NCBI GenBank assembly: GCA_036918135.1
Contig: JBALDB010000006.1
Location: forward strand, 1-64,000
From: Nostoc sp.
Lineage (GTDB): Bacteria; Cyanobacteriota; Cyanobacteriia; Cyanobacteriales; Nostocaceae
Length of the DNA stretch: 64,000 nt
Direction of reading: 5' to 3'
Positions within the stretch are counted from its first letter, which is position 1; every line of letters begins with the position of its first letter. The notes under the pieces are model-generated. The model was not told where the DNA came from. It worked only from the letters and a program-made list of their open reading frames with translations, and searched no databases. A program made the position numbers and the translations under genes. Of the stretch, positions 1 to 9,229 are shown in pieces.

Positions 1-65
1 GTTATCCAGCTTGCGAACCGCTCCCATACGTTGGCGCTACGAGCGCGTTGAATGGTTGCTGTCAT
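1..65 (-). CDS. psbA: Photosystem II D1 protein, 5' end (runs off the window)
   Basis: Reverse complement reads MTATIQRARSANVWERFASWI(T), matching the D1 N-terminus pattern MTxTLQRxxSANxWERFCxWIT. Absent from the ORF track because it is truncated. Confidence 0.92.
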   Translation of the reverse strand, partial: MTATIQRARSANVWERFASWI

Positions 66-128
66 TGTTTTATAAGTGCGCTTGTTTGTTTATGAATGAA
101 TTAGGTAGGTTTGACTACCTTGTTACAT

Positions 129-157
129 ATCTTAAAATGGATATTGCGTTTTGTAAA
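129..157 (-). promoter_or_regulatory. Sigma70-type psbA promoter
   Basis: Minus strand TTTACA-N17-TAAGAT, with the -10 box ending about 64 nt upstream of the ATG. Confidence 0.75.
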
Positions 158-226
158 GTTATTTGAGAAAAAATTTTCACTTAGGGTTCACACACCCCCA
201 GCAGACTGAAAAACTGAAGGCTTGGC

Positions 227-323
227 TAAGGGAACTCCAATAAATAAATTATTCCGTTTGCCCTGTGATAACTGATGACTGTTGACTGTGAGCAGTGGGA
301 TATTTTTTATTTATCAGTCCCTA
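227..323 (+). mobile_element. MITE-like dispersed repeat, family B copy 1
   Basis: AGGGAACTCCAATAAATAAATTATTCC...GGATATTTTTTATTTATCAGTCCCT; related copies at 44267, 46060, 48086, 52528 and 57233. Confidence 0.75.
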
Positions 324-443
324 AATCGTATATAGTATCAAGCTTGAAACGACATAGCAGGCGCTTGTTAAGCATTGAAGAAAGCATCCCCCCTGCTTTT
401 TTAAGAGCAGAATTTCTTGAAACAAGCAGGGCTGGACATAGGG

Positions 444-1130
444 TTACAAATTAGTATTACAGCCTTCAATAAAATCAATGACTTGATGTAAACATCCAGG
501 TTTAGTCACAATCAGGACAGTTGAATCAGGTTCCAGTACTGTACTGCCATTAGGAATCATCAAATTTTCATGGGGATGAGGTTGATAGCCAATAATTAGC
601 GAGCCGGTCGGAAACCGAGAATCTTGAGCAATTTCGGCAACGCTACGACCAACAACATAGCAATTGTTTGGGATAGAGAGTTTTAGCACCTCTATCTGTC
701 CCTGCTCAAAATGCATCATTGATTCTACTTGTGGATACTCAATAGCATTTACCATTGTTGAAACCGCTAGTTCAACAGTACTGATGATATGGTTGGCTCC
801 GGCCAGACGCAGCGGTTCACCAAAATCAGGGTGGCGCATCCGACTTAAGATATGAGGAACACCATAATGTTTAGCAAGAGTCACCATTGCCAAGTTTAAG
901 GCATCACTGCGGAGAACAGCAGCCAATGAACTGGCTTTGCGAATCCCAGCTTCTAACAATACTTCTGTACTCACAGCACTTCCTTCAAAAGCCATTGCTC
1001 CCACTTGTTCGCGTGCATAGCGACAAGCAGTAGGATCGATATCAATAACGGCAACAGTATGCCCCAGTTCTATCAATTTCTGGGCTAGACTTAGCCCAAC
1101 TAAGCCTGCTCCACCAATTAATACGTACAT
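444..1130 (-). CDS. TrkA-family (RCK-N + RCK-C) regulatory subunit of a K+/cation transporter
   Basis: Rossmann motif IGGAGLVG...VIDID, GSAVSTEVLLEAGI, C-terminal TrkA-C motif IPNGSTVL. Confidence 0.9.
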   Translation of the reverse strand: MYVLIGGAGLVGLSLAQKLIELGHTVAVIDIDPTACRYAREQVGAMAFEGSAVSTEVLLEAGIRKASSLAAVLRSDALNLAMVTLAKHYGVPHILSRMRHPDFGEPLRLAGANHIISTVELAVSTMVNAIEYPQVESMMHFEQGQIEVLKLSIPNNCYVVGRSVAEIAQDSRFPTGSLIIGYQPHPHENLMIPNGSTVLEPDSTVLIVTKPGCLHQVIDFIEGCNTNL

Positions 1131-1985
1131 GAATGTTTTTAATGCTCTTTAACTTGTTACTTCACTTTCTAAGCTAACAAGGAATCAGGGTATAACAATC
1201 CACTTTAATGTTTGAACTTATTTACTACTGTCAAGCAATAGGCAATCAGCTTTTTCAAGTTGAGGGCAAGTTTTTTCACATCATCAACTAAGAGTTCTAT
1301 ATTAATTATTCTCACTCTCAAAACTTATAATCTAAGGAAGGCTTATCTGTAATTTCTCTATTAATTATTATAAACCTAAGATAATTGTTCCTGACGAATA
1401 ATTGAAGATTCTTATACTACATGAAACTTTGTTAATCTATATTTTTAATATGATAATTTATAAACTTGGATGTATAAATATTATTCTACTAGCAAGTAGT
1501 GAAAATCTTTAATGCCTCAATATTACATTAGTTTAGTTTAAATTAGCTTGCTAAAAATAAACTTCAGGTTTTCTCGGATGGAATTAGCAGATGTGAAATC
1601 TGAACTACCACCTTTAGCTCAAATATTAACCCAAAGCGAATCTATTTTTCCCACACCAGCTTTAGAAAGATTATTTACTCTGAAACAAATACAGAGTGAA
1701 CGGTTTACAAAGAAATGTTTAATTAAAGAGCATAGTTGTGAGATACTGGCAGTATGAGCGAAAAGGCTATGGTTGACCTTACATCTGCCGCCCTTACTTA
1801 TACATGCTTAACTAAGCAAAATAATTGTTAAACCGAAAATATTTTGTAATTCCAAAGATTGACTTAATTTTATCTGTTGTTATCAGAAATTATTTTAATA
1901 AATTATGTTTTTACATATTTGTGATGCTCTCTTAGAAACTGCTTCCACTGCTCAATAGATAAATTTATAACCTCTCATAAGTGTC

Positions 1986-3380
1986 ATGAGTAATCCTGAA
2001 ATACCAGACAAACCAATGCAATTTCCGAGCTTTGGCAAAGCCAAGCGCCAACAGCAATGGTTAATGGGACTAGTAGCAGTTGGATTGTTAGGAACTGCTA
2101 TCGCTGTTTTTCTAATAGTGCAAAGTAAGGCATTTAAAGCGGATCTGACTAATCAAACAGTAGTAGTGGAATCGAAAGATATTACAGTTCAAATCAAAGC
2201 GAATGCTACTGTCCAGTCGTTAAAAAAGATCAATCTCGGTCCCAAAGAGCAAAGTCGAATTGAGCAAATGTATGTAGACGAAGGTGCCAAAGTTAAGCAA
2301 GGGCAATTAATTGCCCGCATGGACAGCGAGCGAATTCGACAACAGGTAAAGCAATACAAGGCATCACTTGCTAAAGCTCAAGCCGATCTTGCTGAAAAAC
2401 GTGCTGGTAGTCGCCCTGAGGAAATAGGTGAGGCTAAAGCTAGAGTTGCAACAGCCCAAGCCAACGTAGCTCAGGCTCAGGCAAGATTGAATCGAGCTAC
2501 AGAAGAACTCGATCGTAACCAATTGTTAGCATACCAGGGAGCTATCTCCCTAAATAGTTTGGGGGACTTTTCTAGTAAAGAACGTCAGGCAAAGGCTGAT
2601 TTGGAAGCACAGTTAGCTGCACTAAAAGAACAAAAACAGACTCTAGAAAAACTTCGTAATGGCACGCGCAAAGAGCAAATCCTTGCTTCTCAAGCTGACG
2701 TAGCCCAAGCAGAAGCACAGTTGCGTTCGTACCAAACCCAGCTAGAAGATACTTTAATCCGCGCTCCTTTTGCTGGTACGATTACACGTAAATTTGCCCA
2801 AGAAGGTGATTTCGTCACCCCGACGACTTCTGCCTCCTCTAGCGATGGTGCGACATCTGCTTCTATTGCTGAACTTTCTAGCGGCTTGGAAGTAGAAGCA
2901 AAAATTCCAGAAGCAAGTATTGCCCGTATTCAAATAGGGCAGCAGGTAGAAATTCGCTCAGATGCCTATCCTAATAAAACCTTTGAAGGAAGCGTTCGTC
3001 TCGTGGCACCCACAGCTATACAAGACACCTCTAGCCAGGGAAGCCAATCGAGTGGGGGTGTTACCTCCTTTCGAGTCAAAGTAGTACTCAAAACGGGTCA
3101 AGACTTACTCAAAGCGGGCATGAATGTGAAATTGAACTTTATCAGTAACAAGATTCGCAATGCCTTAGTTATTCCTCTAGCAGCAATTGTGACCCAAAAA
3201 GATGGTCAAACTGGGGTATGGATACCAAATAAAAATAATATTGCTCAATTGAGACCAGTTACTGCTGGCTCTATTAGTGGCAATCAAATTCAGATTCTCA
3301 AAGGCGTGAGTAAAGGGGAACGGATCTTGCTCAGTCCGCCAGAAGGTCAAGCTATCCCAGGTGTTGACACAATGCCATAG
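1986..3380 (+). CDS. Efflux periplasmic adaptor (MacA/HlyD family)
   Basis: N-terminal TM segment, lipoyl half-motifs (VDEGAKVKQGQLIA; IRAPFAGTI), long coiled coil. Confidence 0.9.
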   Translation: MSNPEIPDKPMQFPSFGKAKRQQQWLMGLVAVGLLGTAIAVFLIVQSKAFKADLTNQTVVVESKDITVQIKANATVQSLKKINLGPKEQSRIEQMYVDEGAKVKQGQLIARMDSERIRQQVKQYKASLAKAQADLAEKRAGSRPEEIGEAKARVATAQANVAQAQARLNRATEELDRNQLLAYQGAISLNSLGDFSSKERQAKADLEAQLAALKEQKQTLEKLRNGTRKEQILASQADVAQAEAQLRSYQTQLEDTLIRAPFAGTITRKFAQEGDFVTPTTSASSSDGATSASIAELSSGLEVEAKIPEASIARIQIGQQVEIRSDAYPNKTFEGSVRLVAPTAIQDTSSQGSQSSGGVTSFRVKVVLKTGQDLLKAGMNVKLNFISNKIRNALVIPLAAIVTQKDGQTGVWIPNKNNIAQLRPVTAGSISGNQIQILKGVSKGERILLSPPEGQAIPGVDTMP

Positions 3381-3404
3381 CCGTTTACAATTCATCATTT
3401 GAAC

Positions 3405-4610
3405 ATGGACATATTTGAAAGTGTCAAAATGGCAGTTACTACTCTGAGTGCTAATAAGCTTCGCAGCAGTTTGACGATGCTAGGAATCGCGATAGGCAAT
3501 GCTGCTGTGATTACCCTAATTGGCATTGGACAAGGCGCACAAAATTATACTTCTGAAAAGCTTGAGTCCTATGGGGCAAATAGTTTATTCGTTTACCTCA
3601 ATAACGAGGATGCCGAAGCCTCCACGAGTGAAACACTCCAACTAGTGTTGTCAGATGCCGAAGCGATCGCTACTCAAGCACCTGCTGTCAAAGCGGTAGC
3701 TCCTGAAATCAATTCCCAACTATCAATTTCTTATCTGGCCCGGAATACAAAGAGTTGGATTACAGGGACAACCCCAGGGTTTCTGTACGTTCATAACATG
3801 ACTGTTGCTAGAGGGCGGTTTTTTAATCAATCCGAACAGCAGCAGAATGTGCAAGTAGTGACTTTGGGATCGGAACTAGCTAAGAAACTATTTAGTAGTG
3901 AAGACCCGTTCGGCAAAGAGGTGCAAATTGGCAATCTCAGCTTTGTGGTGATTGGAGTGATGAAAGCTAAAGGTTCCTTTAATGGACAAAATCCAGACGA
4001 TATCGCCTATATACCAATCACCACAATGGCTGACCAATTGACGGGAGGGCGATCGCCCCACGGTATTCCTGTTGATAATATACAGGTATCTGCAAAAGAT
4101 AAACAAAGTATCCGCGCTGCGGCGTTTCAAATTACTAATATTCTGACCCAATTGCGAGGTAAGCAAGATATCGGTGTCATCTCTGATAAATCTTTTAACG
4201 ACCTGATTAACCAACTCACTCAAGTACTGTCCTTAACACTGGCAGCGATCGCTAGTATTTCGCTGTTAGTAGGTGGTATTGGCATCATGAATATCATGCT
4301 AGTCTCAGTGAGTGAGCGCACCCAGGAAATTGGCTTACGTAAGGCACTTGGGGCAACTCAAGAAGCGATTCTAACTCAGTTCTTGATTGAGGCAATTATT
4401 CTGTCGGTAGCTGGCGGTTTAATTGGCGTTGGTGTAGGCCTCAGTGGCACTACAATTGTGGGACTTTTTACTCCTTTAAAACCCAGCGTGCCAGTAGGAG
4501 CGATCGCTATAGCTGTGGGTGTCTCTGGTGGGATTGGTCTAATTTTTGGTGTTGTTCCCGCTCGTAGAGCTGGTCGACTCGACCCAATAGTTGCTCTAAG
4601 AAGCGCTTAA
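3405..4610 (+). CDS. ABC transporter permease (MacB/FtsX family)
   Basis: NKLRSSLTMLGIAIG, GGIGIMNIMLVSVSERTQEIGLRKALGA, LDPIVALRS. Confidence 0.92.
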   Translation: MDIFESVKMAVTTLSANKLRSSLTMLGIAIGNAAVITLIGIGQGAQNYTSEKLESYGANSLFVYLNNEDAEASTSETLQLVLSDAEAIATQAPAVKAVAPEINSQLSISYLARNTKSWITGTTPGFLYVHNMTVARGRFFNQSEQQQNVQVVTLGSELAKKLFSSEDPFGKEVQIGNLSFVVIGVMKAKGSFNGQNPDDIAYIPITTMADQLTGGRSPHGIPVDNIQVSAKDKQSIRAAAFQITNILTQLRGKQDIGVISDKSFNDLINQLTQVLSLTLAAIASISLLVGGIGIMNIMLVSVSERTQEIGLRKALGATQEAILTQFLIEAIILSVAGGLIGVGVGLSGTTIVGLFTPLKPSVPVGAIAIAVGVSGGIGLIFGVVPARRAGRLDPIVALRSA

Positions 4611-4633
4611 AATGTCAAATTTACTTTTTATTA

Positions 4634-4784
4634 TGATGTCCGATTAGAACACAAGTCAATTGCGTTGGCGCAGCCTTCCAGTAGAATACGAAGTGAAGCA
4701 GTCTCCAAATATCTTATGATTGCTTTGTTCTACTACATTACATTCGCTTTAGACATATCACAAGTCATTTAGCAGACATGATAT
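4634..4784. repeat. Degenerate palindromic dispersed element
   Basis: Outer imperfect IR ATGTCCG..TAG / TAGCAGACATG. Inner GTCAATTGCG...GAAGCAGTC...GATTGCTT core resembles the core at 61980-62076. Confidence 0.5.
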
Positions 4785-4812
4785 TACTTCTGACAAATTC
4801 CAACGGAGTTTT

Positions 4813-7800
4813 TTAATTGTAATTTTTATGATATTTTTCTAGTAACTCTTTAACTTGAGCAGCCACTAAAGGATGTGGATCTTTTTGAAGTTGGGGTAGA
4901 ATTTGCTGGAGAACGCGATGTGAAACCAGATGCAAGTATGCGATCGCCGCTTCTCGAACAAAGCCAGTTGGATGGCGTAAACTGGCTAAAATCTCAGAAC
5001 TTGTGAGTCGGATACGAGCAACTTGAGCAAAATGAAAACAGCAAGCTAGACACCAGTCAGAAAGCAAATTACCCAACATCAGTAATCTATGGAGGCGATC
5101 GCTAACTAACATATTTTCATATTCTACAATCTTGGCTTCTATAAGATGTTGCAATTTTTCTGGCTCTGGTCGGTTATCTAAAATATTCAGTAATAAAGAC
5201 TTTGAAGACAAAGTTACAGTATGTTCTAAGATTTCTAACCCCCGTGCTAAGTTTACCACTGAGAGCGATCGCAAATTAAATGCTGCTGCTTGCATCTTTT
5301 CTGGCGAATAAAGCAGCCTCAATAGCAATAGTAATCGTTCTTTGACATCCAATTCTAATTCTCGAAGCGAGCGTTGCAGTAACTCTAAGACAATCAAAAT
5401 CCTCTCACTCGATTGATAATTTTCTTGTTTGTCTAGAGTTTGAAAGTCTATATAAGCAGCATAAATTTCACCTAAAAAATGTAATTCTTGGTGAATTAAA
5501 TTCTCTACTCGACTTTCGTAAAACCGATCTCCTAAACCTCTAATCCCTGGTTGTTTGTGTATTTTTAATAAGCTATGAAGAATATGATCCCTGGTAGTAC
5601 CCCAAGATATTTCCAAGTTTTCCCATAAAGCCTCCATTGCTTGCTGGGTAGCAATTTGGGCAATGGTACGCCAAGCATACATTCGTACTACCTCGGGTTT
5701 GTAAATATTGGTAGCCAATCGTAATAGCATCTCTAGGGCTTCGTTTTCCAGTCGTACTAAGGCTAACATGGCTGTTGTGCGGGTTGACTTGTAATAAAGT
5801 GCAGCGATCAGCGCTGAATAGTACTCCTCTAAATGGGTTGCTGCAATCATTTCCAGTACTGCACAGCGCACCCGTAACGACTCATCTTGTAACAAATTTG
5901 GGATGTGAATTCGTAACGCCTGCAAATAAACTGCTTCTCTAAGCGCTTTGACTCCATTTATCCGTTCTCGTTCTTGTTTATGGGTCAGCATCCGGCGCAT
6001 AGTTTTAGTAGCCGCTACCTTTTGCATGGGGGTTCCTTGGCGTAAGACTAAAGCAGCGGCGGTGGCACGGATGAGTGAGTTATGTCGGGAGTGCAAGTAT
6101 TCTTCAAGCAGGCTTAAATTGGGATTCGGTTCAGCTAGCCAAATGTAGCGCAGCGCTAGAGCAAAAACTTCGGGGTTAGTTTCTTGGGGTTGTTCTAACA
6201 AAGGACGAATGGCGGGTAAATAAACGGGATTTGCACCTCCCATTAACATTACTTCCAAACTTTGGCACTGCAAATCTGGGGTTAACTTGACTAATAAAGG
6301 CGCTAAAATCTCCGCAGCTCCTTGAGAATCAATTTGGGCTAAAAGTTCAATGCAAGAGCGTTTATCTGCTTCGTTGCCTTTTTCAGCTAATGCTTTGACT
6401 ACACCCTGCTTGAAGAATCGTAAGCCTACATTCGTTGCACTTAATTGACCTCGTGCCACACTTAAAACTAGCAAGTCAACATAACGCGATCGCAATTCCC
6501 AAACTACTTTTAAACAGGTGCCAGCTATCAGCATTGTTTCTGCTACTAACACCCATTTTTGTAGTGGTGCAGGTACAAATTGCTTACAAAATAATAAAGT
6601 GACAAAAATTACTAATCCTGTCAACCCTGTGGCAATCGCTTCCGCAGTTCCCCCAGATAAGGTCTGCATTCGGCTGCGAATTCCCTCTGGAATCGGTTGA
6701 TACAGGATAGGGCCGCTACTAATCACAAAGGTGTAGCGCAGAAGTTCATCACAGAATTTAACAATTATTAGACCCCAAAAAAAGCTTTGCGATTGGATGG
6801 CTGGAATTAAATACAAAAATACCAGCACCCCTGGTAGTAAAAAGCCGACAGTGATTGGCAAAAGTGTAGCAGTGAAAAATACTCCCATCCGTTCAATTAG
6901 TCGGCTAGAAATAAACCACTGGATCAGTAACTCACACAATCCCAACATGCCACCAAATAGACCCAAGAAACTAGCAAGTTCTCGGTCATCCAAATTCGAT
7001 TGGAGTTCGCGCAGATATTGAAAATCTACTAATAACCCAATAACTTGTAACAGACCAACAAAGGCGAATAACTGCCAAACATAGCGCTTCAAAGGACTGA
7101 TGAGGAAACGCTCTCGTGAAGCTTGTTCTTGAGGAATTATAATTTGTGGAGTTTCAGGAAAAGCTGCCCGATACTGATGAGTTAAATAAAATAAAATCCC
7201 CGATCCCAATAAAATCACCACACAGGCAATGAGAATCACCTTATTCAGTCTGGCGTACTGCACCAACCAAGGCAAACTAAAACCACTGATAACATCTGCT
7301 ACTAATAGACCGCTACTTACCAGTGGGTAAGTGCGCTTAATTTCCCGAATATTAAATATTTGATTAGCGACAATAGAGGTATTGAGGTCATTAAGTACAT
7401 AAAATGCATCTACCCACAACCGCAGCAGAAAGATTAAAATCACTGCGAGGTAGGAAACATTGATTCCCCAACGTAATAAAACTAATAAAACTAATGGCAC
7501 CACCATACAAGGTGCGATCGCCACAATCACCTGGCGTAAAGGAAAAATCTTTTGCAGCCAAGAATATACAAAAACCAGTCCAGTACTAATTACGGCACTG
7601 GCAATATACATCCAAGGTAATAAATTTGTCTCATATTCACCCAAAAACAGTGCTACTGTACTGTCTTCTGCCCACCGCAATCCTACAGATACAGTAGTAT
7701 AAAATATAAACATGATCTGAGTTCGTTCGCTCTCCTCTGGTCGGAGATTCACCCACTGTAGGAGTCGTGGTAAAGCAACTCTATTTGCAGCCAACCAGTG

Positions 7801-7815
7801 ATTTTTCAGTTCCAT
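4813..7815 (-). CDS. MFS (NTT/ATP-ADP translocase-like) transporter fused to HEAT repeats
   Basis: About 12 hydrophobic segments in the first ~450 aa (ANQIFNIREIKRTYPL motif), followed by HEAT-like helical repeats (LLQDESLRVRCAVL, DPHPLVAAQ). Confidence 0.8.
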   Translation of the reverse strand: MELKNHWLAANRVALPRLLQWVNLRPEESERTQIMFIFYTTVSVGLRWAEDSTVALFLGEYETNLLPWMYIASAVISTGLVFVYSWLQKIFPLRQVIVAIAPCMVVPLVLLVLLRWGINVSYLAVILIFLLRLWVDAFYVLNDLNTSIVANQIFNIREIKRTYPLVSSGLLVADVISGFSLPWLVQYARLNKVILIACVVILLGSGILFYLTHQYRAAFPETPQIIIPQEQASRERFLISPLKRYVWQLFAFVGLLQVIGLLVDFQYLRELQSNLDDRELASFLGLFGGMLGLCELLIQWFISSRLIERMGVFFTATLLPITVGFLLPGVLVFLYLIPAIQSQSFFWGLIIVKFCDELLRYTFVISSGPILYQPIPEGIRSRMQTLSGGTAEAIATGLTGLVIFVTLLFCKQFVPAPLQKWVLVAETMLIAGTCLKVVWELRSRYVDLLVLSVARGQLSATNVGLRFFKQGVVKALAEKGNEADKRSCIELLAQIDSQGAAEILAPLLVKLTPDLQCQSLEVMLMGGANPVYLPAIRPLLEQPQETNPEVFALALRYIWLAEPNPNLSLLEEYLHSRHNSLIRATAAALVLRQGTPMQKVAATKTMRRMLTHKQERERINGVKALREAVYLQALRIHIPNLLQDESLRVRCAVLEMIAATHLEEYYSALIAALYYKSTRTTAMLALVRLENEALEMLLRLATNIYKPEVVRMYAWRTIAQIATQQAMEALWENLEISWGTTRDHILHSLLKIHKQPGIRGLGDRFYESRVENLIHQELHFLGEIYAAYIDFQTLDKQENYQSSERILIVLELLQRSLRELELDVKERLLLLLRLLYSPEKMQAAAFNLRSLSVVNLARGLEILEHTVTLSSKSLLLNILDNRPEPEKLQHLIEAKIVEYENMLVSDRLHRLLMLGNLLSDWCLACCFHFAQVARIRLTSSEILASLRHPTGFVREAAIAYLHLVSHRVLQQILPQLQKDPHPLVAAQVKELLEKYHKNYN

Positions 7816-8064
7816 ACAGTTTTAGTTTCTGGTAATATCACCGCGAAATGAGAAAGAGGACACTGGGACGTGGTGAGGTGGAGACACGCAGAATTCTTTA
7901 AAAGCGTTTCCCTTGTTTATGTCTGTTCATCCCCCATCCCCTAAGACAAAAGCCTGAGCAACTGAGTATTATCTTTCCCACTCAGCCTTCAGGATTATCG
8001 ATTTGAGATAAATTTATACAACCTAATACTATTGATAAGAATATTTGCAATATTAGAATCGCCC

Positions 8065-8092
8065 GTAGGAGCGTACAGCTATACGTCTCTAC
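8065..8092. repeat. GTAG-type REP-like palindrome
   Basis: GTAGGAGCGTACAGCTATACGTCTCTAC, an imperfect hairpin bounded by GTAG/CTAC. Confidence 0.6.
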
Positions 8093-8156
8093 TTATGTAT
8101 ATTTATGAACTATGTAATTTGACTACAGGTAAAGAGTACATGCAAACGAACAATGA

Positions 8157-8190
8157 AAAAATCCCCTAGCTTCAAACCAAGGGATTTTCT
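8157..8190 (-). terminator. Rho-independent terminator of infC
   Basis: Stem AAAATCCC...GGGATTTT with a T-run on both strands, just past the stop codon. Confidence 0.75.
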
Positions 8191-8217
8191 TTTTTTGTCT
8201 ATTAAAAAGTTAGAGAA

Positions 8218-8751
8218 TTATTTTTTGGGTGAGAGAAGCATCATCATATTTCGCCCTTCTTTTTTGGGTGCTTGCTGAACCTCACCAAACGGCTCTAAAT
8301 CCGTTGCCATGCGTTTGAGCAAATCTTCCGCGAGGTCGCTGTGTTGAATTTCTCGACCCCGAAACATCACAGTAGCTTTGACTTTATCACCATCTTTCAA
8401 AAAGCGCTCTGCTTGCTTGACACGCACGTTGTAGTCGTGTTCTTCTATTTTATAGCGCATCTTAACTTCTTTAACATCAGCCGTGTGCTGTTTCTTACGG
8501 GCTTCCCGCGCCTTTTTCTCCTGCTCAAACTTGTATTTCCCATAGTCCATAATTCGACAAACTGGCGGGTCAGCTTTGTCACTAAGTAGCACTAAATCTA
8601 GTTCTTTTTCCTCTGCTAGTTGTAGTGCTTCTTGAGGTGCCATAATTCCTAATTGACCACCATCAGTGTCAATAACCCGAATTTTCGGGAAGCGAATTCG
8701 TTCGTTAATTTGGGGCAGATCGCGAGTTCTTTTTTTCTCAATCACAGCCAT
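8218..8751 (-). CDS. infC: Translation initiation factor IF-3
   Basis: [49 protein letters not shown]. Confidence 0.98.
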   Translation of the reverse strand: MAVIEKKRTRDLPQINERIRFPKIRVIDTDGGQLGIMAPQEALQLAEEKELDLVLLSDKADPPVCRIMDYGKYKFEQEKKAREARKKQHTADVKEVKMRYKIEEHDYNVRVKQAERFLKDGDKVKATVMFRGREIQHSDLAEDLLKRMATDLEPFGEVQQAPKKEGRNMMMLLSPKK

Positions 8752-9229
8752 TATGATTTGTGGGAGCTCTTAATGAAGGATTTGGTGTGGTTTTGACTGG
8801 TATGCCTCTGAGGCAAAATACTGAAATAAGTCAGGACTGAAAACATTAAGTCACAGTTCTAGGGTAACTAATTCATAAAATAGTTGCGTTGTTGTATTTG
8901 TCATTCTACTCATTCCGAAAGAATTTCTGTGCAATAGTTAATCTAAATTACACATCCTTACGAAATATTAAGTCTTGTAAAAATTATTTGTCAACACTTG
9001 AGAACGTCAGATTGAGTAGATAATCTCCACAATAGCAATATTACAGATATAAAGCATCTAAGCTAATATCAATGTAATATATTATCATACGCTAAGTAGT
9101 ATTAATAATATTTATTATTAAATAATATAGTTAAATTTACTTACGAACTTGCAGTTAAAAAAATATTCTATCATCAGGTTGCAAGGGTTTGTACCCCTAC
9201 TGATGTACAAATAATTTGGGATAATTTAT

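Noticed and set aside
1548..1757. 69-aa ORF upstream of the first efflux adaptor
   Set aside because: No recognisable motif; could be debris, but no call can be supported
8218..8751. Non-canonical ATT start for infC
   Set aside because: An in-frame ATG three codons upstream of the ATT gives a normal cyanobacterial N-terminus; cannot be resolved from sequence alone
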